Shown here: in pieces, positions 9,298 through 19,775 of the stretch
How positions within the stretch are numbered: position 1 is the stretch's first letter
Layout: each line of letters opens with the position of its first letter
NCBI GenBank assembly: GCA_963811165.1
Contig: CAWEQH010000001.1
Span: 64,001-128,000, forward strand
Direction of reading: 5' to 3'
Length of the DNA stretch: 64,000 nucleotides
Origin: an uncultured Nitrospiraceae bacterium
GTDB taxonomy: Bacteria > Nitrospirota > Thermodesulfovibrionia > Thermodesulfovibrionales > UBA6898
The notes under the pieces: generated by a model
Told to the model about the DNA's origin: nothing
The model's input: only the letters and a program-made list of their open reading frames with translations
The model's database searches: none
Translations under genes and position numbers: made by a program

Positions 9298-10704
9298 ATG
9301 GCACAGGTTCCAAGTCCCAGTTACAGCATCACGATCAGGGCCGAGATAGAAAACCGCATCGGCATGTTTGCGCAGATAGCCACGGCCATAAGTCAGGCCG
9401 GGGGAGACCTCGGGTCCGTTGACATAGTCCGCGCGGAAAAGGGAAAGATCGTCAGGGACATCACGGTCAACGCGCGAAACGAAGAGCATGAAAAGGCCAT
9501 CGTAAAATCGATAAAAAAAATTGCCGGGATGCAAGTCATCAGGGTAATGGACCGGACCTTTTCCGCCCATCGAGGCGGCAAGATCGAGATACACAGCAAG
9601 CTGGCGATAAGGGACAGGAATGATCTTTCGATGGTGTACACCCCGGGCGTGGCAAGGGTCTGCATGGACATCCATGATAATAAGGAACACGCGTACCGCT
9701 ACACCATAAAGGGCAATTCGGTCGCGATAGTGACCGACGGGTCGGCCGTGCTCGGGCTTGGGGACATCGGTCCCGAGGCGGCGATGCCGGTCATGGAGGG
9801 AAAGTCGATGATCTTCAAGGAATTCGCGGACATCGACGCCTTTCCTATCGCGCTTGGGACAAAGGACCCCGAAGAGATCATCGCTGCCGTCAGGAGCATC
9901 TCTCCTTCTTTCGGAGGGATAAACCTCGAAGATATCTCGGCGCCGCGATGCTTCGAGGTCGAAAGCAGGTTAAGGAAGATGCTCGATATTCCGGTTTTCC
10001 ACGATGACCAGCACGGCACTGCCGTAGTAGTCCTTGCCGCGCTCATCAACGTCGGCAGGCTCCTGAAAAAAGATATAACAAAACTCCGGATCGTCATCTC
10101 AGGGGCCGGCGCAGCCGGCGCTGCAAATGCCTTTATGCTCTCGTCTTACGGAGTGAAGGATATTGTCGTATGTGACAGGACAGGCGCGATATATACGGGA
10201 AGAAAAAATAATATGACCGTATACAAGAAAATCCTGGCCAGCAAAACCAACCTCAAAAAGATAAGGGGCTGCATCTCCGAGGCGGTCACCGGGGCGGACG
10301 TCTTCGTCGGTCTGTCCGCCCCCAATGTCTTCACGCCGGATGATGTGAAGAAGATGGCAAAGGACAGGGTCGTCTTTGCGCTTGCAAACCCGGAACCCGA
10401 GATATCTCCTGAGGAGGCCTTGCCTTTAGTCAGGGTACTTGCCACGGGCAGGTCCGACTACCCCAACCAGATCAACAACATGCTCGGCTTTCCCGGGATA
10501 TTCAGAGGGCTTTTAGATGTGCGGGCGACAGGGGTCAACGAGGAGATAAAGTTTGCCGCTGCCAAGGCCATCGCCCATACGGTCAAAAATGACGAACTGC
10601 ATGAGGATTACATCATCCCGAGTATCTTCGACAAAAGCGTGGTCTCCGCCGTTGCCCACGCGGTCGCTGAAGTCGCAAAAAAGACGGGGCTTGCGAGGCA
10701 GTAA
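9298..10704 (+). CDS. NAD(P)-dependent malic enzyme with N-terminal ACT domain
   Basis: YTPGVA, VTDGSAVLGLG, NLEDI, FHDDQHGT, ATGRSDYPNQINN. Confidence 0.93.
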   Translation: MAQVPSPSYSITIRAEIENRIGMFAQIATAISQAGGDLGSVDIVRAEKGKIVRDITVNARNEEHEKAIVKSIKKIAGMQVIRVMDRTFSAHRGGKIEIHSKLAIRDRNDLSMVYTPGVARVCMDIHDNKEHAYRYTIKGNSVAIVTDGSAVLGLGDIGPEAAMPVMEGKSMIFKEFADIDAFPIALGTKDPEEIIAAVRSISPSFGGINLEDISAPRCFEVESRLRKMLDIPVFHDDQHGTAVVVLAALINVGRLLKKDITKLRIVISGAGAAGAANAFMLSSYGVKDIVVCDRTGAIYTGRKNNMTVYKKILASKTNLKKIRGCISEAVTGADVFVGLSAPNVFTPDDVKKMAKDRVVFALANPEPEISPEEALPLVRVLATGRSDYPNQINNMLGFPGIFRGLLDVRATGVNEEIKFAAAKAIAHTVKNDELHEDYIIPSIFDKSVVSAVAHAVAEVAKKTGLARQ

Positions 10705-10779
10705 GCGGTCTCATATCTTCTTTTACTCAGACCGCTCCAGAGGGATTTTTGGACTCATGTCATCCCGCTCACTATCCAT

Positions 10780-13700
10780 TCACTCAAGCGTGAAATACAC
10801 CACGGTCCCCTTCCCGACTTCTCCTTCCGCCCACACCTTCCCGCCGTGGCGGCGGATGATCAGCTCCACAAGGCTAAGACCTATCCCTGTTCCCTCGAAC
10901 TCCTGAGAGGAATGGAGCCGATGGAACGGCTTGAAAAGTTTGCCTGAATATTTCATGTCAAAACCCGCTCCGTCGTCGCTAACGAAATAGGCATCTCTGT
11001 CTTCTCTCCTGACAACACCAAATTCGATCTTTGCGCTGGGGTGTTTGCTCGTGAATTTCCAGGCATTTTCAAACAGATTCTGAAGCACTACCTGAAGCAA
11101 AGGCATATCTCCTTTCACTTTCAGTCCGTCGGCTATGATAAAAGCAGCTTCTCTTTTGGGGTCTTTCTTCTTGAGTTCATAGGCTATTTGTTCCGCCATC
11201 GAGCTGAGGTCGACCGTCCTTTCATGCAAGTCCTGTCGGGTCACCCGCGAAAGGCCCAAAAGTGCGTCGATGAGCTGCGACATCCTCTTGCTTGCCGAAA
11301 CCACCCTATGGAAATAGTCCTTTGCGGTTTCATCCAGCTTCTCCAGATAGTCTTCCAGAATAATCTTCGTGAATCCCTCAATGCTCCTCAGGGGCGCCTT
11401 CAGGTCATGCGAAACCGAATAGGTATATGCTTCAAGCTCTTTGTTTACGGACTCAAGTTCCATGGCACGCCTCTTGAGTTCCTCTTCGGCCTTCTTACGG
11501 TCGGTGATGTCGCGTTCGGTTGTGGCAATCGACTCTACCGTCTTCCCGGTTTCGTCATAGCACGGCAGTTGCCGTCAGCCATATATCCAGTACGCGGCCG
11601 TCCTTTGTTTTGCGCCGGGTCTCGCAAGAAGAGACGATCTCCCCCGCAGTAAGCCTCCTGATCAGCCCAGCGACTTCGTCGGTCTTTTCGGAGGGTGTCA
11701 TGTCATATATGGTCATCTGCAATGCCTCGGCTTCGCTCCATCCATACATACTCTGCGCGCCTCGGTTCCACGTACGAATGCTGCCGGCCGGATTAAACAA
11801 GATGACCGCATCGTTAGAGTCCGTCAAGACCGTGGCCAGCCGACGGACCTGCACATCCGCCATCTTTAGCCGGGTTACGTCGCTAAAGGTAATAACTACG
11901 CCGTCAAGCAGGCCCTTTTGAGTCCGGTAGGGCATGAGGCGCACCAGGTAATACGAGCCGTCGGCATGCCTCACTTCCCGTTCAATGACGTCCGCGCCTC
12001 CGGCGACTTTGCGGGCATCGGCCGTCAGATCGAAATTTGTGAAATTCATCGACAGGTCGCTGATTGCCCGGCTCGTGTCGGAGGGGATCAGTTTCAGGAC
12101 CCGCGTGGTCGCCGGAGTGAAGAACTTGATTCGCAACCCGCCGTCCAGAAACAGCGTGGCGATCTCCGTTGACTTCATGAAGTTGTCCAGGTCGCTGTTG
12201 GCCGCATCCAGCCTCTCGACCTTGTCCCGAAGCTCGCTGTTGACGGTAATCAGTTCCTCATTTACCGACTGCAATTCCTCCTTGGAGGTCTCCAGCTCCT
12301 CGATCGTGGACTGGAGCTCTTCATTTGTGGAGACCACCTCCTCGTTGGCGACCCTGAGTTCCTCATTTGATGCCTGGAGGTCCTCTATAGTGGCCTGCAG
12401 TTCCTGTTGCGTCCCCCTTAATTCATCTTCAAGTTGCTTCACTGCTGTTTCGCTCTCGCCGCTTTGGGCCTGATGGGAAATCGGCGCCGACGACCGGAGA
12501 ACATCCTCGAAGATAACGGCCAATAGCGGCTCTGCGTGGGCCTTCTGCAATGCCGGAGTAATGGTGACGCGAACGAACGGGCTATCTTTGTCCCGCGTGA
12601 CCGGAACGCTGTCAAGCGTGACTGTCCTGCCGTCCTCAATCGCCTTATGCATCGCCACCCGCAGTTTGGTGGATAATCCTCCCTTGGCTATTTGTAACAG
12701 GTTCAAGTTGGGTTCTGCAGTCGGCATGTCCAGATACTTACCGGTCTGCCCGTGGAATTGAAGGATCTGTCCTTTTCTGTCAGTCAGTACGACGCTTGCG
12801 GAAAAATGACCCAGGAGCACCTGCCGGATTACGTCCGCCAAGGCGGCCACCGTAGGCTTGATCGCTACAGGTCCGGCGTGCAGCATCACCCTCTTTTTTC
12901 CCGGCAGAATCGGTGAATCCAGGACGATCGGACGGGCAGGGGTAAGGCGGCGGTAAATCCTCGCCTTCTTCGAGACAATATCGAACAGGTCGTTTTGGCC
13001 GCTGATCCCCTCCGATTTTCCCAGAAACAGATATCCTCCGGGGTTAAGAGCAAAGTTGAAAAGCGGCATCAGCCTCGTCTGTGTGTCTGTATCCAGATAG
13101 ATCAGCAGATTGCGGCAGCTGATGAGGTCCATTTTGGAAAAAGGGGGATCGGTAATAAGGTTATGCACGGCAAAGACGACCGCCTTTCGGAGCAACTCGC
13201 TGATCTGGTAGCCCCGCTCATTCCTGATAAAAAAACGCGACAGGCGTTCGGGCGGCACGTCTATGGCAATGCTTTCCGGGTAGATGCCCTGTCGGGCGAA
13301 TTCCAGTGCGTCCTCATCAGCGTCCGTCGCAAATATCTGTAAGAGACGGTCTTTGCGGGCCGTCCCGAGTTCTTCCATCAGGATCATGGCCACGGAATAC
13401 GCCTCCTCGCCTGAGGCGCAGCCCGGGACCCAGACCCTCAACGGCTCGCCGGCCTTTTTGGCCTGGACCAGAGGAACAACCGCCTCCTTACGGAGGTCCT
13501 CGAACGCCTCGCCATCCCTAAAGAAAGAGGTGACGTTGATGAGCAAATCCTTGAATAACTGGGTCACCTCGTCGGTGTCCTGCCAGAGCAATTGGTAATA
13601 CCGGGCAAAGTCGGAGATGCGGTGAACGCCCATGCGGCGTTCTATCCGCCGCACGATGGTGCTCTTTTTGTAGCATCTGAAATCGGCTCCCCGTTGGCTG

Positions 13701-14467
13701 AGAATAAGTGCCAGAATGTCCTGAAGGCCCCCGGGTTTTCCTTCGGCCTCGAGGACGGCCGTCGGCACTCCTCCCCTTACATAGGGATGCCGGAGATAGT
13801 TCAGGAGAGTTTCAGCCATACGGTCCGGCGAGAGGACGAGGTCCACCAGCCCCGTGGAGATCGCGCTTCGGGGCATGTCGCCGAATTGGGCCGTCTGCGG
13901 GTCCTGTGTAATAGCCAGTCCTCCGGCGCCACGGACCGCCCGAACTCCCAGTGTCCCGTCCGAGCCGGCCCCTGAAAAGACGATGCAGATCGCCCGCTCC
14001 TGCCGGTCCTCCGCCAGGGAACGAAAGAAAAAGTCGATGGGCATCCGAATGCCGTCGCGTTTGTTCTGCCCGACAAGATACAGAACTCCCGCCCGTACCG
14101 CCAGATACTGATTGGGTGGTATTACATAGACGCAGTTTGGTTCAACGGTCATCGCATTTATGGCCTGAAAGACCCTCATTTGCGTCTGCTGGGCCAGGAG
14201 TTCGGTCATGAGGCTCTCATGGGTGGGGGCCAGATGCTGGATAACGACAAAGGCGGCCCCGCTGTCGGGGGGCATTGTAGTGAAGAAAGTCTTTAAGGGG
14301 TCCAGGGAGCCGGCCGACCCGCCAATACCGACTACAGGGATGCCCGAGGAGATTTGGGCCGAACCGGCGGCTTCTTTGTCAGGCCCGGCCGGTTTATCCG
14401 CGTCTTTGGATGTGGGTGACTGACCCCGCTTCTTGCTATGCTGCCGTTTTATTTTTTTGTCATTCAT
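10780..14467 (-). pseudogene. CheB-CheR-PAS-histidine kinase hybrid split by a one-base frameshift near 11557 (ORFs 11555..14467 and 10780..11463)
   Basis: CheB (GGSAGS, QHL, SDG), CheR (INVTSFFRD, PGCASGEEAYS, SCRNLLIY), PAS domains. The PAC motif continues in the +1 frame (DETGKTVESIATTERDITDRKKAEEE) directly into HisKA (SHDLKAPLR) and HATPase. Confidence 0.85.
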
Positions 14468-14589
14468 TTATTCTGCCATTAGTTCAAACAAAAGAGACCG
14501 TCGATAGCACATCTTATCACAAAAATTTATTTTTATTACTTGGGCAATTAAATAGAAGTCTTAGTGGCTGTCATTATATCTTGTCCGAT

Positions 14590-14663
14590 AACCCCTCCCC
14601 GCCTCCCCTTATCAGGGGAGGATCCGCCCCTTCCCCCTTGATAAGGGGGGATAGAGGGGGGTT
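14590..14663. repeat. C/G-run double-hairpin small dispersed (REP-like) element
   Basis: Hairpins CCTCCCCT-TATC-AGGGGAGG and TCCCCCTT-GAT-AAGGGGGG enclosed by AACCCC...GGGGTT. Confidence 0.6.
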
Positions 14664-14723
14664 GGTTTCCCGACCTGTTGTCATTATCCCTCTTGAGATA
14701 TATACTTCAGACATGGACATAGT

Positions 14724-15266
14724 ATGGAGCAGATAAAGATATTTAAGGCAAGAAACGGGGAGGAGATCACCCTCAGACCGGCCGAGCTCGGTGACTCCTG
14801 TGAAATCATTGATACCGTGCGGTCTGGAGCGCTTGAACGCAGTTATGTCCTTATGGAGCAATATGGCAAGAACATCGAGACTGAGAGGGAGTATATCGGC
14901 CGACTGGACCGTGACAAAAACCTTCTCATGGTCGCGGCCGCCGGGATTAATGTCGTAGGCTGCCTGGCAGCGCTCCAGTCTGACGCCGGCAGGAGGGAGG
15001 CAACGGCCCACATCCTCCATGTCGGACTCCACCTCAGAGAGGCCTACAGGGGGCTGGGCATAGGCTCCGAGATGCTCGCCTATGCGGAGGAATGGGCAAA
15101 GGGACGAGGTTTCAAGAAATTGGAGGCGAGCATCTTTACAGGGAACAAGCGTTCTCTCCACCTCTTTGACCGCGCCGGCTTTAAAGAGGAAGGGGTAAGG
15201 AAGTTGCGGGTAAGGGTGGGCAGGGACTACCTCGACGAAGTGCTGGTCGGCAAAATACTGCCGTAG
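14724..15266 (+). CDS. GNAT family N-acetyltransferase
   Basis: YRGLGIGSEML motif A; N..SLHLF..AGF motif B. Confidence 0.88.
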   Translation: MEQIKIFKARNGEEITLRPAELGDSCEIIDTVRSGALERSYVLMEQYGKNIETEREYIGRLDRDKNLLMVAAAGINVVGCLAALQSDAGRREATAHILHVGLHLREAYRGLGIGSEMLAYAEEWAKGRGFKKLEASIFTGNKRSLHLFDRAGFKEEGVRKLRVRVGRDYLDEVLVGKILP

Positions 15267-15297
15267 ATCACCCCCCGAGGCCGCCTGGAAAGATCAT

Positions 15298-15810
15298 TTA
15301 TTCCAGGACCTTTCTCAGCTGTTTCGTAATATCCTCCTGGACGCCTCTTTCCCGGTATCTAATCACTCCTTCCCTGTCGATAAGGATATTCGTTTCGATC
15401 AACGCGCCGAAGGCCGACGATACCTTATTGTCCTCATCATAGGCGACCGGGAAGCTTATGTGGTTATCCCTGACGTAGTCCGCTATATACCCCTTGATGC
15501 CGAGGTTTACGCCGAGGAACTCAATGCGGTCTCCAAACTCCTTATATAGCTTCTCCACACGGGGAAGCTCATTCTTGCAGTATGGTCACCAGGTTGTCCA
15601 GAAGAAAAGGTAGACCGGTTTTTTCCCTTTAATGTCTCGCTCGTAGGAAATTTCCTTCCCCTGGAGGGTGACAACATGAAAATCGGGCGCCTTGTCCCCG
15701 GCCCCAAGTGCATACGTCTTCGAAGGAAGAAAGACCAGCGATAATAAAAAAATACCCCATACTGCAAAGGCTATATTTTGTCCGACAAAAAAAGAAATTT
15801 TCTTTACCAT
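15298..15810 (-). CDS. TlpA/ResA-like thioredoxin-fold selenoprotein (UxxC), exported, 170 aa
   Basis: Two in-frame ORFs joined at TGA 15586-15588 read FWTTW-U-PYCKNELP; signal peptide; GDKAPDF and NILIDREGVIRY; SECIS-like hairpin 15548-15569. Confidence 0.85.
15548..15569 (-). promoter_or_regulatory. Putative bacterial SECIS element
   Basis: AGCUUC-CC-CGUGU-GG-A-GAAGCU hairpin starting 17 nt after the UGA, with G at loop position 2. Confidence 0.65.
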
Positions 15811-15888
15811 ATATTCGTCTTCCTCATTAAGAAACTGGGTTATTCCCTTTTTTGCTCTTGGTGAAGTTCCGCCTCAGTGAGTGCACTA

Positions 15889-16188
15889 TTAGCCCCCCGC
15901 CTCGGACATATTTTTCTCGCACACCAGCGCCTTACACTCGGAAAGGGCACTCGCTACTTTCCTTCTCGCACTGGCAAGGATCCTTTGGACGGTCCCCCGC
16001 GATATCCTCATCATTTTGCCGGCCTCTTCCTGTGTCAAGCCGTCAAGATCGCAGAGCTTCAAGGCCTCAAGTTCATCCCTGTAGAGGATTATCTTTTCGA
16101 TTTCCGACATCGGGACCCCTGACGGTTTAAACGCATTACCCCTGAACTTGCAGCCGCAAAGCCTTGGTTTTTTATATCTCGGCGACAT
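15889..16188 (-). CDS. DUF134 (UPF0251) predicted DNA-binding protein
   Basis: MSPRYKKPR..FKPSG..DELEALKLCDLDGLTQEEAGKMMRISRGTVQRILASARRKVA. Confidence 0.9.
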   Translation of the reverse strand: MSPRYKKPRLCGCKFRGNAFKPSGVPMSEIEKIILYRDELEALKLCDLDGLTQEEAGKMMRISRGTVQRILASARRKVASALSECKALVCEKNMSEAGG

Positions 16189-16201
16189 CCCAGATATCCC
16201 T

Positions 16202-16249
16202 TATTATGTGCATATGCACATTATACTAATCGCGGGCTATCTCTGTCAA
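16202..16249 (-). promoter_or_regulatory. Consensus sigma70 promoter TTGACA-N18-TATAAT overlapped by the 16-bp palindrome ATGTGCATATGCACAT
   Basis: -35 at 16244-16249, -10 at 16220-16225, palindrome at 16206-16221. Confidence 0.8.
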
Positions 16250-16395
16250 CAAAACCGATAGCGGCGCGGTCATTTTTTTCCAAATCAACACCTTCGATCT
16301 TTTTTATCCCCGCACTGCAGACCGCACCGTCATAAGGGGTGATTTTGATTAATGTCGATTTACCTACGAGAACTCCAATGAGAGCCGGGTGCCGT

Positions 16396-17328
16396 CTACG
16401 GAGATTCGGAAACAAACAGCCCTGTGCTAAGATAGCGCTCCCCCCGGTCTGGGAATATCACCACGACTTTCTTCCCCTTGCCGAGTTTGCGCGCTACTTT
16501 CATTGCGGCCCACATCGCTGCTCCAGAGGATATTCCCGCAAGTATTCCTTCATTTTTTGCAAGGGCACGCGCAGTCTCGGCAGCATCGCCGTCGGAAACG
16601 GGTATGACTTCATTATAGATCTTTGTATTCAATACCCCCGGGACAAAGCCTGCGCCAATGCCTGCGATCTTGTGAGGCCCGGGGCTGCCGCCCGATAATA
16701 CAGGGGATGCTGCGGGCTCGACTGCCGCGATCCAGATCCCCGGATTACGGTCTTTAAGCACTTCTCCTACCCCGGTGATGGTGCCGCCCGTGCCTATGCC
16801 TGCAACGAACCCCTCCGGCGCACTGCCAAGGTCGTTAAGGATCTCCAGTGCGGTAGTCCTTCGGTGCACCTCGGGATTTGCCGGATTTTCGAACTGCTGC
16901 GGCATAAAGTAATAGTCGGGATGACCCTGATGGATCTCCACTGCCTTGTCTACTGCGCCTTTCATTCCCTTCTTGCCTTCGCTCAGGACTAATTCTGCGC
17001 CATACGCCTGCAGGAGTTGCCGCCTCTCCATCGACATCGTATCCGGCATGGTGAGGACCAGCTTATATCCCTTGATCGCCGCCACCATGGCAAGCCCGAT
17101 GCCCGTGTTGCCGCTCGTGGGCTCGATTATCGTTCCGCCGGGTTTTAGCTTCCCTTCTTTCTCTGCAGAGTCAATCATCGAAAGCGCGATCCTGTCCTTG
17201 ACGGAGCCGGCCGGGTTACCTCCCTCGAGTTTCGCCCATACCTCGGCGTCCCCGGAACCGGTCATACGGTTTACCCGGACGAGGGGCGTATTGCCGATCA
17301 GCCTTAAGATATCCTCATACAATTGCAT
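16396..17328 (-). CDS. cysK: Cysteine synthase A
   Basis: [48 protein letters not shown]. Confidence 0.95.
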   Translation of the reverse strand: MQLYEDILRLIGNTPLVRVNRMTGSGDAEVWAKLEGGNPAGSVKDRIALSMIDSAEKEGKLKPGGTIIEPTSGNTGIGLAMVAAIKGYKLVLTMPDTMSMERRQLLQAYGAELVLSEGKKGMKGAVDKAVEIHQGHPDYYFMPQQFENPANPEVHRRTTALEILNDLGSAPEGFVAGIGTGGTITGVGEVLKDRNPGIWIAAVEPAASPVLSGGSPGPHKIAGIGAGFVPGVLNTKIYNEVIPVSDGDAAETARALAKNEGILAGISSGAAMWAAMKVARKLGKGKKVVVIFPDRGERYLSTGLFVSESP

Positions 17329-17443
17329 AAAACCTCCCCTTAGCCGGCAGGTACGGCCAAAAATGCTGTTTGTTCAGCAAATTATAGCACAGGGGCAAAG
17401 AAGTGTTCCTAATAAAAAATGGAATAGTGTAAAATCGAAGGTG

Positions 17444-18283
17444 ATGGCTATCATGATCACAAAATCATCCGGCCGGCGGGAGGAATTTCTTGCGGAGAAG
17501 CTTGCCGAATCACTCATGCGCTCGGGCGCCTCACCGGAGGTGGCACTCGATATCGCAAGGCAGGTCGAAAGACAGATATCCCCTGCATCTCATACCAAAA
17601 ATATCTTTAGACTCGCCAAGAGGATGCTGCGGAAGCATAACGCCGCCTCCGGGATGAGATATTCTTTGAAGAGCGCCCTCTCGGCACTCGGACCCTCCGG
17701 CTACCCCTTCGAAAAATATGTCGCCAGAATACTGCGGGTCTATGGCTATGAGGTCGAGGTCGACAAGATTTTAGAAGGTTACTGCGTGGGTCACGAGGTC
17801 GATGTCTACGGGAGAAAAGGGAACGAACATTGCGTCATCGAGTGCAAGTACCACAGCGACGGCGGAAACGCTACCGATGTGAAGGTCGCCCTTTATGTCC
17901 ATGCAAGATTTGAAGATATACGAAAGGCGTTTGTCGCAAAGTCGGACCAGGGGGCCGTCCTTCGCGGATGGCTGGTCACAAATACCCGCTGTACGGCCGA
18001 CGCGATAAAATACGCGGAATGCGCCGGTCTCAAGATCGTAAGCTGGAGGTATCCGGCAAAAGAGAGCCTCGAAAAGATTATCGAAGAAAAGAGGCTATAT
18101 CCTGTCACCCTTCTTCCCTCGGCAAGGAAAAAAGCCCTTGCCTTCCTCTTTAGAAACAACATAATACTTGCCCAGGAAATAGCTGACATGGACGAGCGGA
18201 CCTTCTTGAAAAAAAGCGGCCTCGACTCGGAATCCGGCCGTCTCATAAAAAAAGAGGCGGATGACCTTTGCCCCTGCACGTAG
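17444..18283 (+). CDS. ATP-cone domain + Mrr-like PD-(D/E)xK restriction endonuclease domain protein
   Basis: N-terminal ITKSSGRREEFLAEKL..SL.RSGA (ATP cone); GYPFEKYVA, HEVDV, IECKYH, LVTNTR. The track ORF start (16946) overlaps cysK, so the real start is about 17441/17444. Confidence 0.8.
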   Translation: MAIMITKSSGRREEFLAEKLAESLMRSGASPEVALDIARQVERQISPASHTKNIFRLAKRMLRKHNAASGMRYSLKSALSALGPSGYPFEKYVARILRVYGYEVEVDKILEGYCVGHEVDVYGRKGNEHCVIECKYHSDGGNATDVKVALYVHARFEDIRKAFVAKSDQGAVLRGWLVTNTRCTADAIKYAECAGLKIVSWRYPAKESLEKIIEEKRLYPVTLLPSARKKALAFLFRNNIILAQEIADMDERTFLKKSGLDSESGRLIKKEADDLCPCT

Positions 18284-18376
18284 GTTTTCCATTTGCCCGG
18301 ATTTATGCTATCTTACCATATCGACTCTGCTTAATAAGTCAGCCTGAACAATATAAAAAAGACCCAGGAGGCAATT

Positions 18377-19729
18377 ATGAGAGAGACCAAGATCGTGCTC
18401 CCCGACAGGGATATCCCGAAGCAGTGGTATAACATCATGGCAGACATGCCGAACCTTCCGAAACCGCCACTCCATCCGGCAACTAAGCAGCCCGTCGGCC
18501 CCGATGACCTGAAGGCCATCTTCCCCATGTCGCTGATTGAACAGGAAGTGTCGACCGAGCGCTGGATAGACATCCCTGAAGAAGTCTTGGATATCTACAC
18601 CCTCTGGAGACCTTCGCCGCTTTACAGGGCACACAGGCTCGAAGCAGCGCTCAAGACCCCTGCGAAGATCTACTACAAGCATGAAGGCGTGAGTCCTGTC
18701 GGCAGCCATAAGCCCAACACATCTATCCCACAGGCCTATTACAACAAAAAGGCCGGGGTAAAAAGGATAGCTACCGAGACAGGCGCCGGGCAGTGGGGCT
18801 CCGCACTCGCACTGGCGGGCAGTCTTTTCGGGATCGATGTAACGGTTTACATGGTCAAAGTCAGTTTTAGCCAGAAGCCCTACCGGAGAATTGCTATGGA
18901 GACTTGGGGGGCAACGGTCCACGCCAGCCCGTCGACACTTACGAATTCAGGTAGAAAGATAATCGAGGCAGACCCGGACAGTCCGGGGAGTCTCGGCATC
19001 GCCATATCCGAGGCGGTCGAGGACGCCGCAACGCATAGTGATACTAATTATGCGCTCGGCTCTGTCTTGAACCATGTCCTGCTCCACCAGACAGTAATCG
19101 GCCTTGAGGCCAAAAAACAGTTCGAACTCGCAGGGGATTATCCTGACGTCATCATAGGATGCTGCGGCGGGGGCAGCAATCTCGGAGGCGTAAGCTTTCC
19201 GTTTCTGCAGGACAAGATCAACGGCAAAAAAATGAGGGTCATTGCGGCCGAGCCGATATCCTGCCCGACGCTTACAAAGGGCGAATTCAGATACGATTTC
19301 GGAGATACGGCAGGGCTCACTCCCCTGATGATGATGTATACCCTCGGCCATGACTTTATGCCGCCCGGTATCCACGCAGGCGGACTGCGGTACCATGCGG
19401 ATGCGCCGCTGGTATGTCAGCTTTACAACGACAAACTAATCGAGGCGGTCGCCTTCGGCCAGACAGCCTGCTTCGAGGCGGCCATCCAGTTCGCAAAGAC
19501 GGAGGGCATAATCCCTGCCCCTGAAAGCTCGCACGCCATCAGGGGGGCGATTGACGAGGCACTGAAAGCCAAAGAAGAGGGCAAAGAGAAGACCATATTT
19601 TTCAACCTAAGCGGTCACGGTTATCTCGATATGACCGCATACGAGGCCTATCTTGCCGGCAAACTCATCGACTATTCCTATCCCGATGAGAAAATTAAGG
19701 AAGCACTGGCAAAGCTGCCGGTGATTTAG
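18377..19729 (+). CDS. trpB2: TrpB2-type tryptophan synthase beta-like PLP enzyme
   Basis: [46 protein letters not shown]. Confidence 0.93.
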   Translation: MRETKIVLPDRDIPKQWYNIMADMPNLPKPPLHPATKQPVGPDDLKAIFPMSLIEQEVSTERWIDIPEEVLDIYTLWRPSPLYRAHRLEAALKTPAKIYYKHEGVSPVGSHKPNTSIPQAYYNKKAGVKRIATETGAGQWGSALALAGSLFGIDVTVYMVKVSFSQKPYRRIAMETWGATVHASPSTLTNSGRKIIEADPDSPGSLGIAISEAVEDAATHSDTNYALGSVLNHVLLHQTVIGLEAKKQFELAGDYPDVIIGCCGGGSNLGGVSFPFLQDKINGKKMRVIAAEPISCPTLTKGEFRYDFGDTAGLTPLMMMYTLGHDFMPPGIHAGGLRYHADAPLVCQLYNDKLIEAVAFGQTACFEAAIQFAKTEGIIPAPESSHAIRGAIDEALKAKEEGKEKTIFFNLSGHGYLDMTAYEAYLAGKLIDYSYPDEKIKEALAKLPVI

Positions 19730-19741
19730 ATTTATATACTT

Positions 19742-19766
19742 GTAAGGGCGAACCCCTGTTCGCCCT
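19742..19766. repeat. GTAG-type REP-like palindrome / possible terminator
   Basis: GTA-AGGGCGAAC-CCCT-GTTCGCCCT followed by a T-rich run. Confidence 0.5.
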
Positions 19767-19775
19767 GTATTTTTT

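Noticed and set aside
16946..17440. Long N-terminal extension of the ATP-cone nuclease ORF (likewise extensions at 29053, 30597 and 50963)
   Set aside because: These overlap well-supported neighbouring genes; downstream starts fit the domain boundaries
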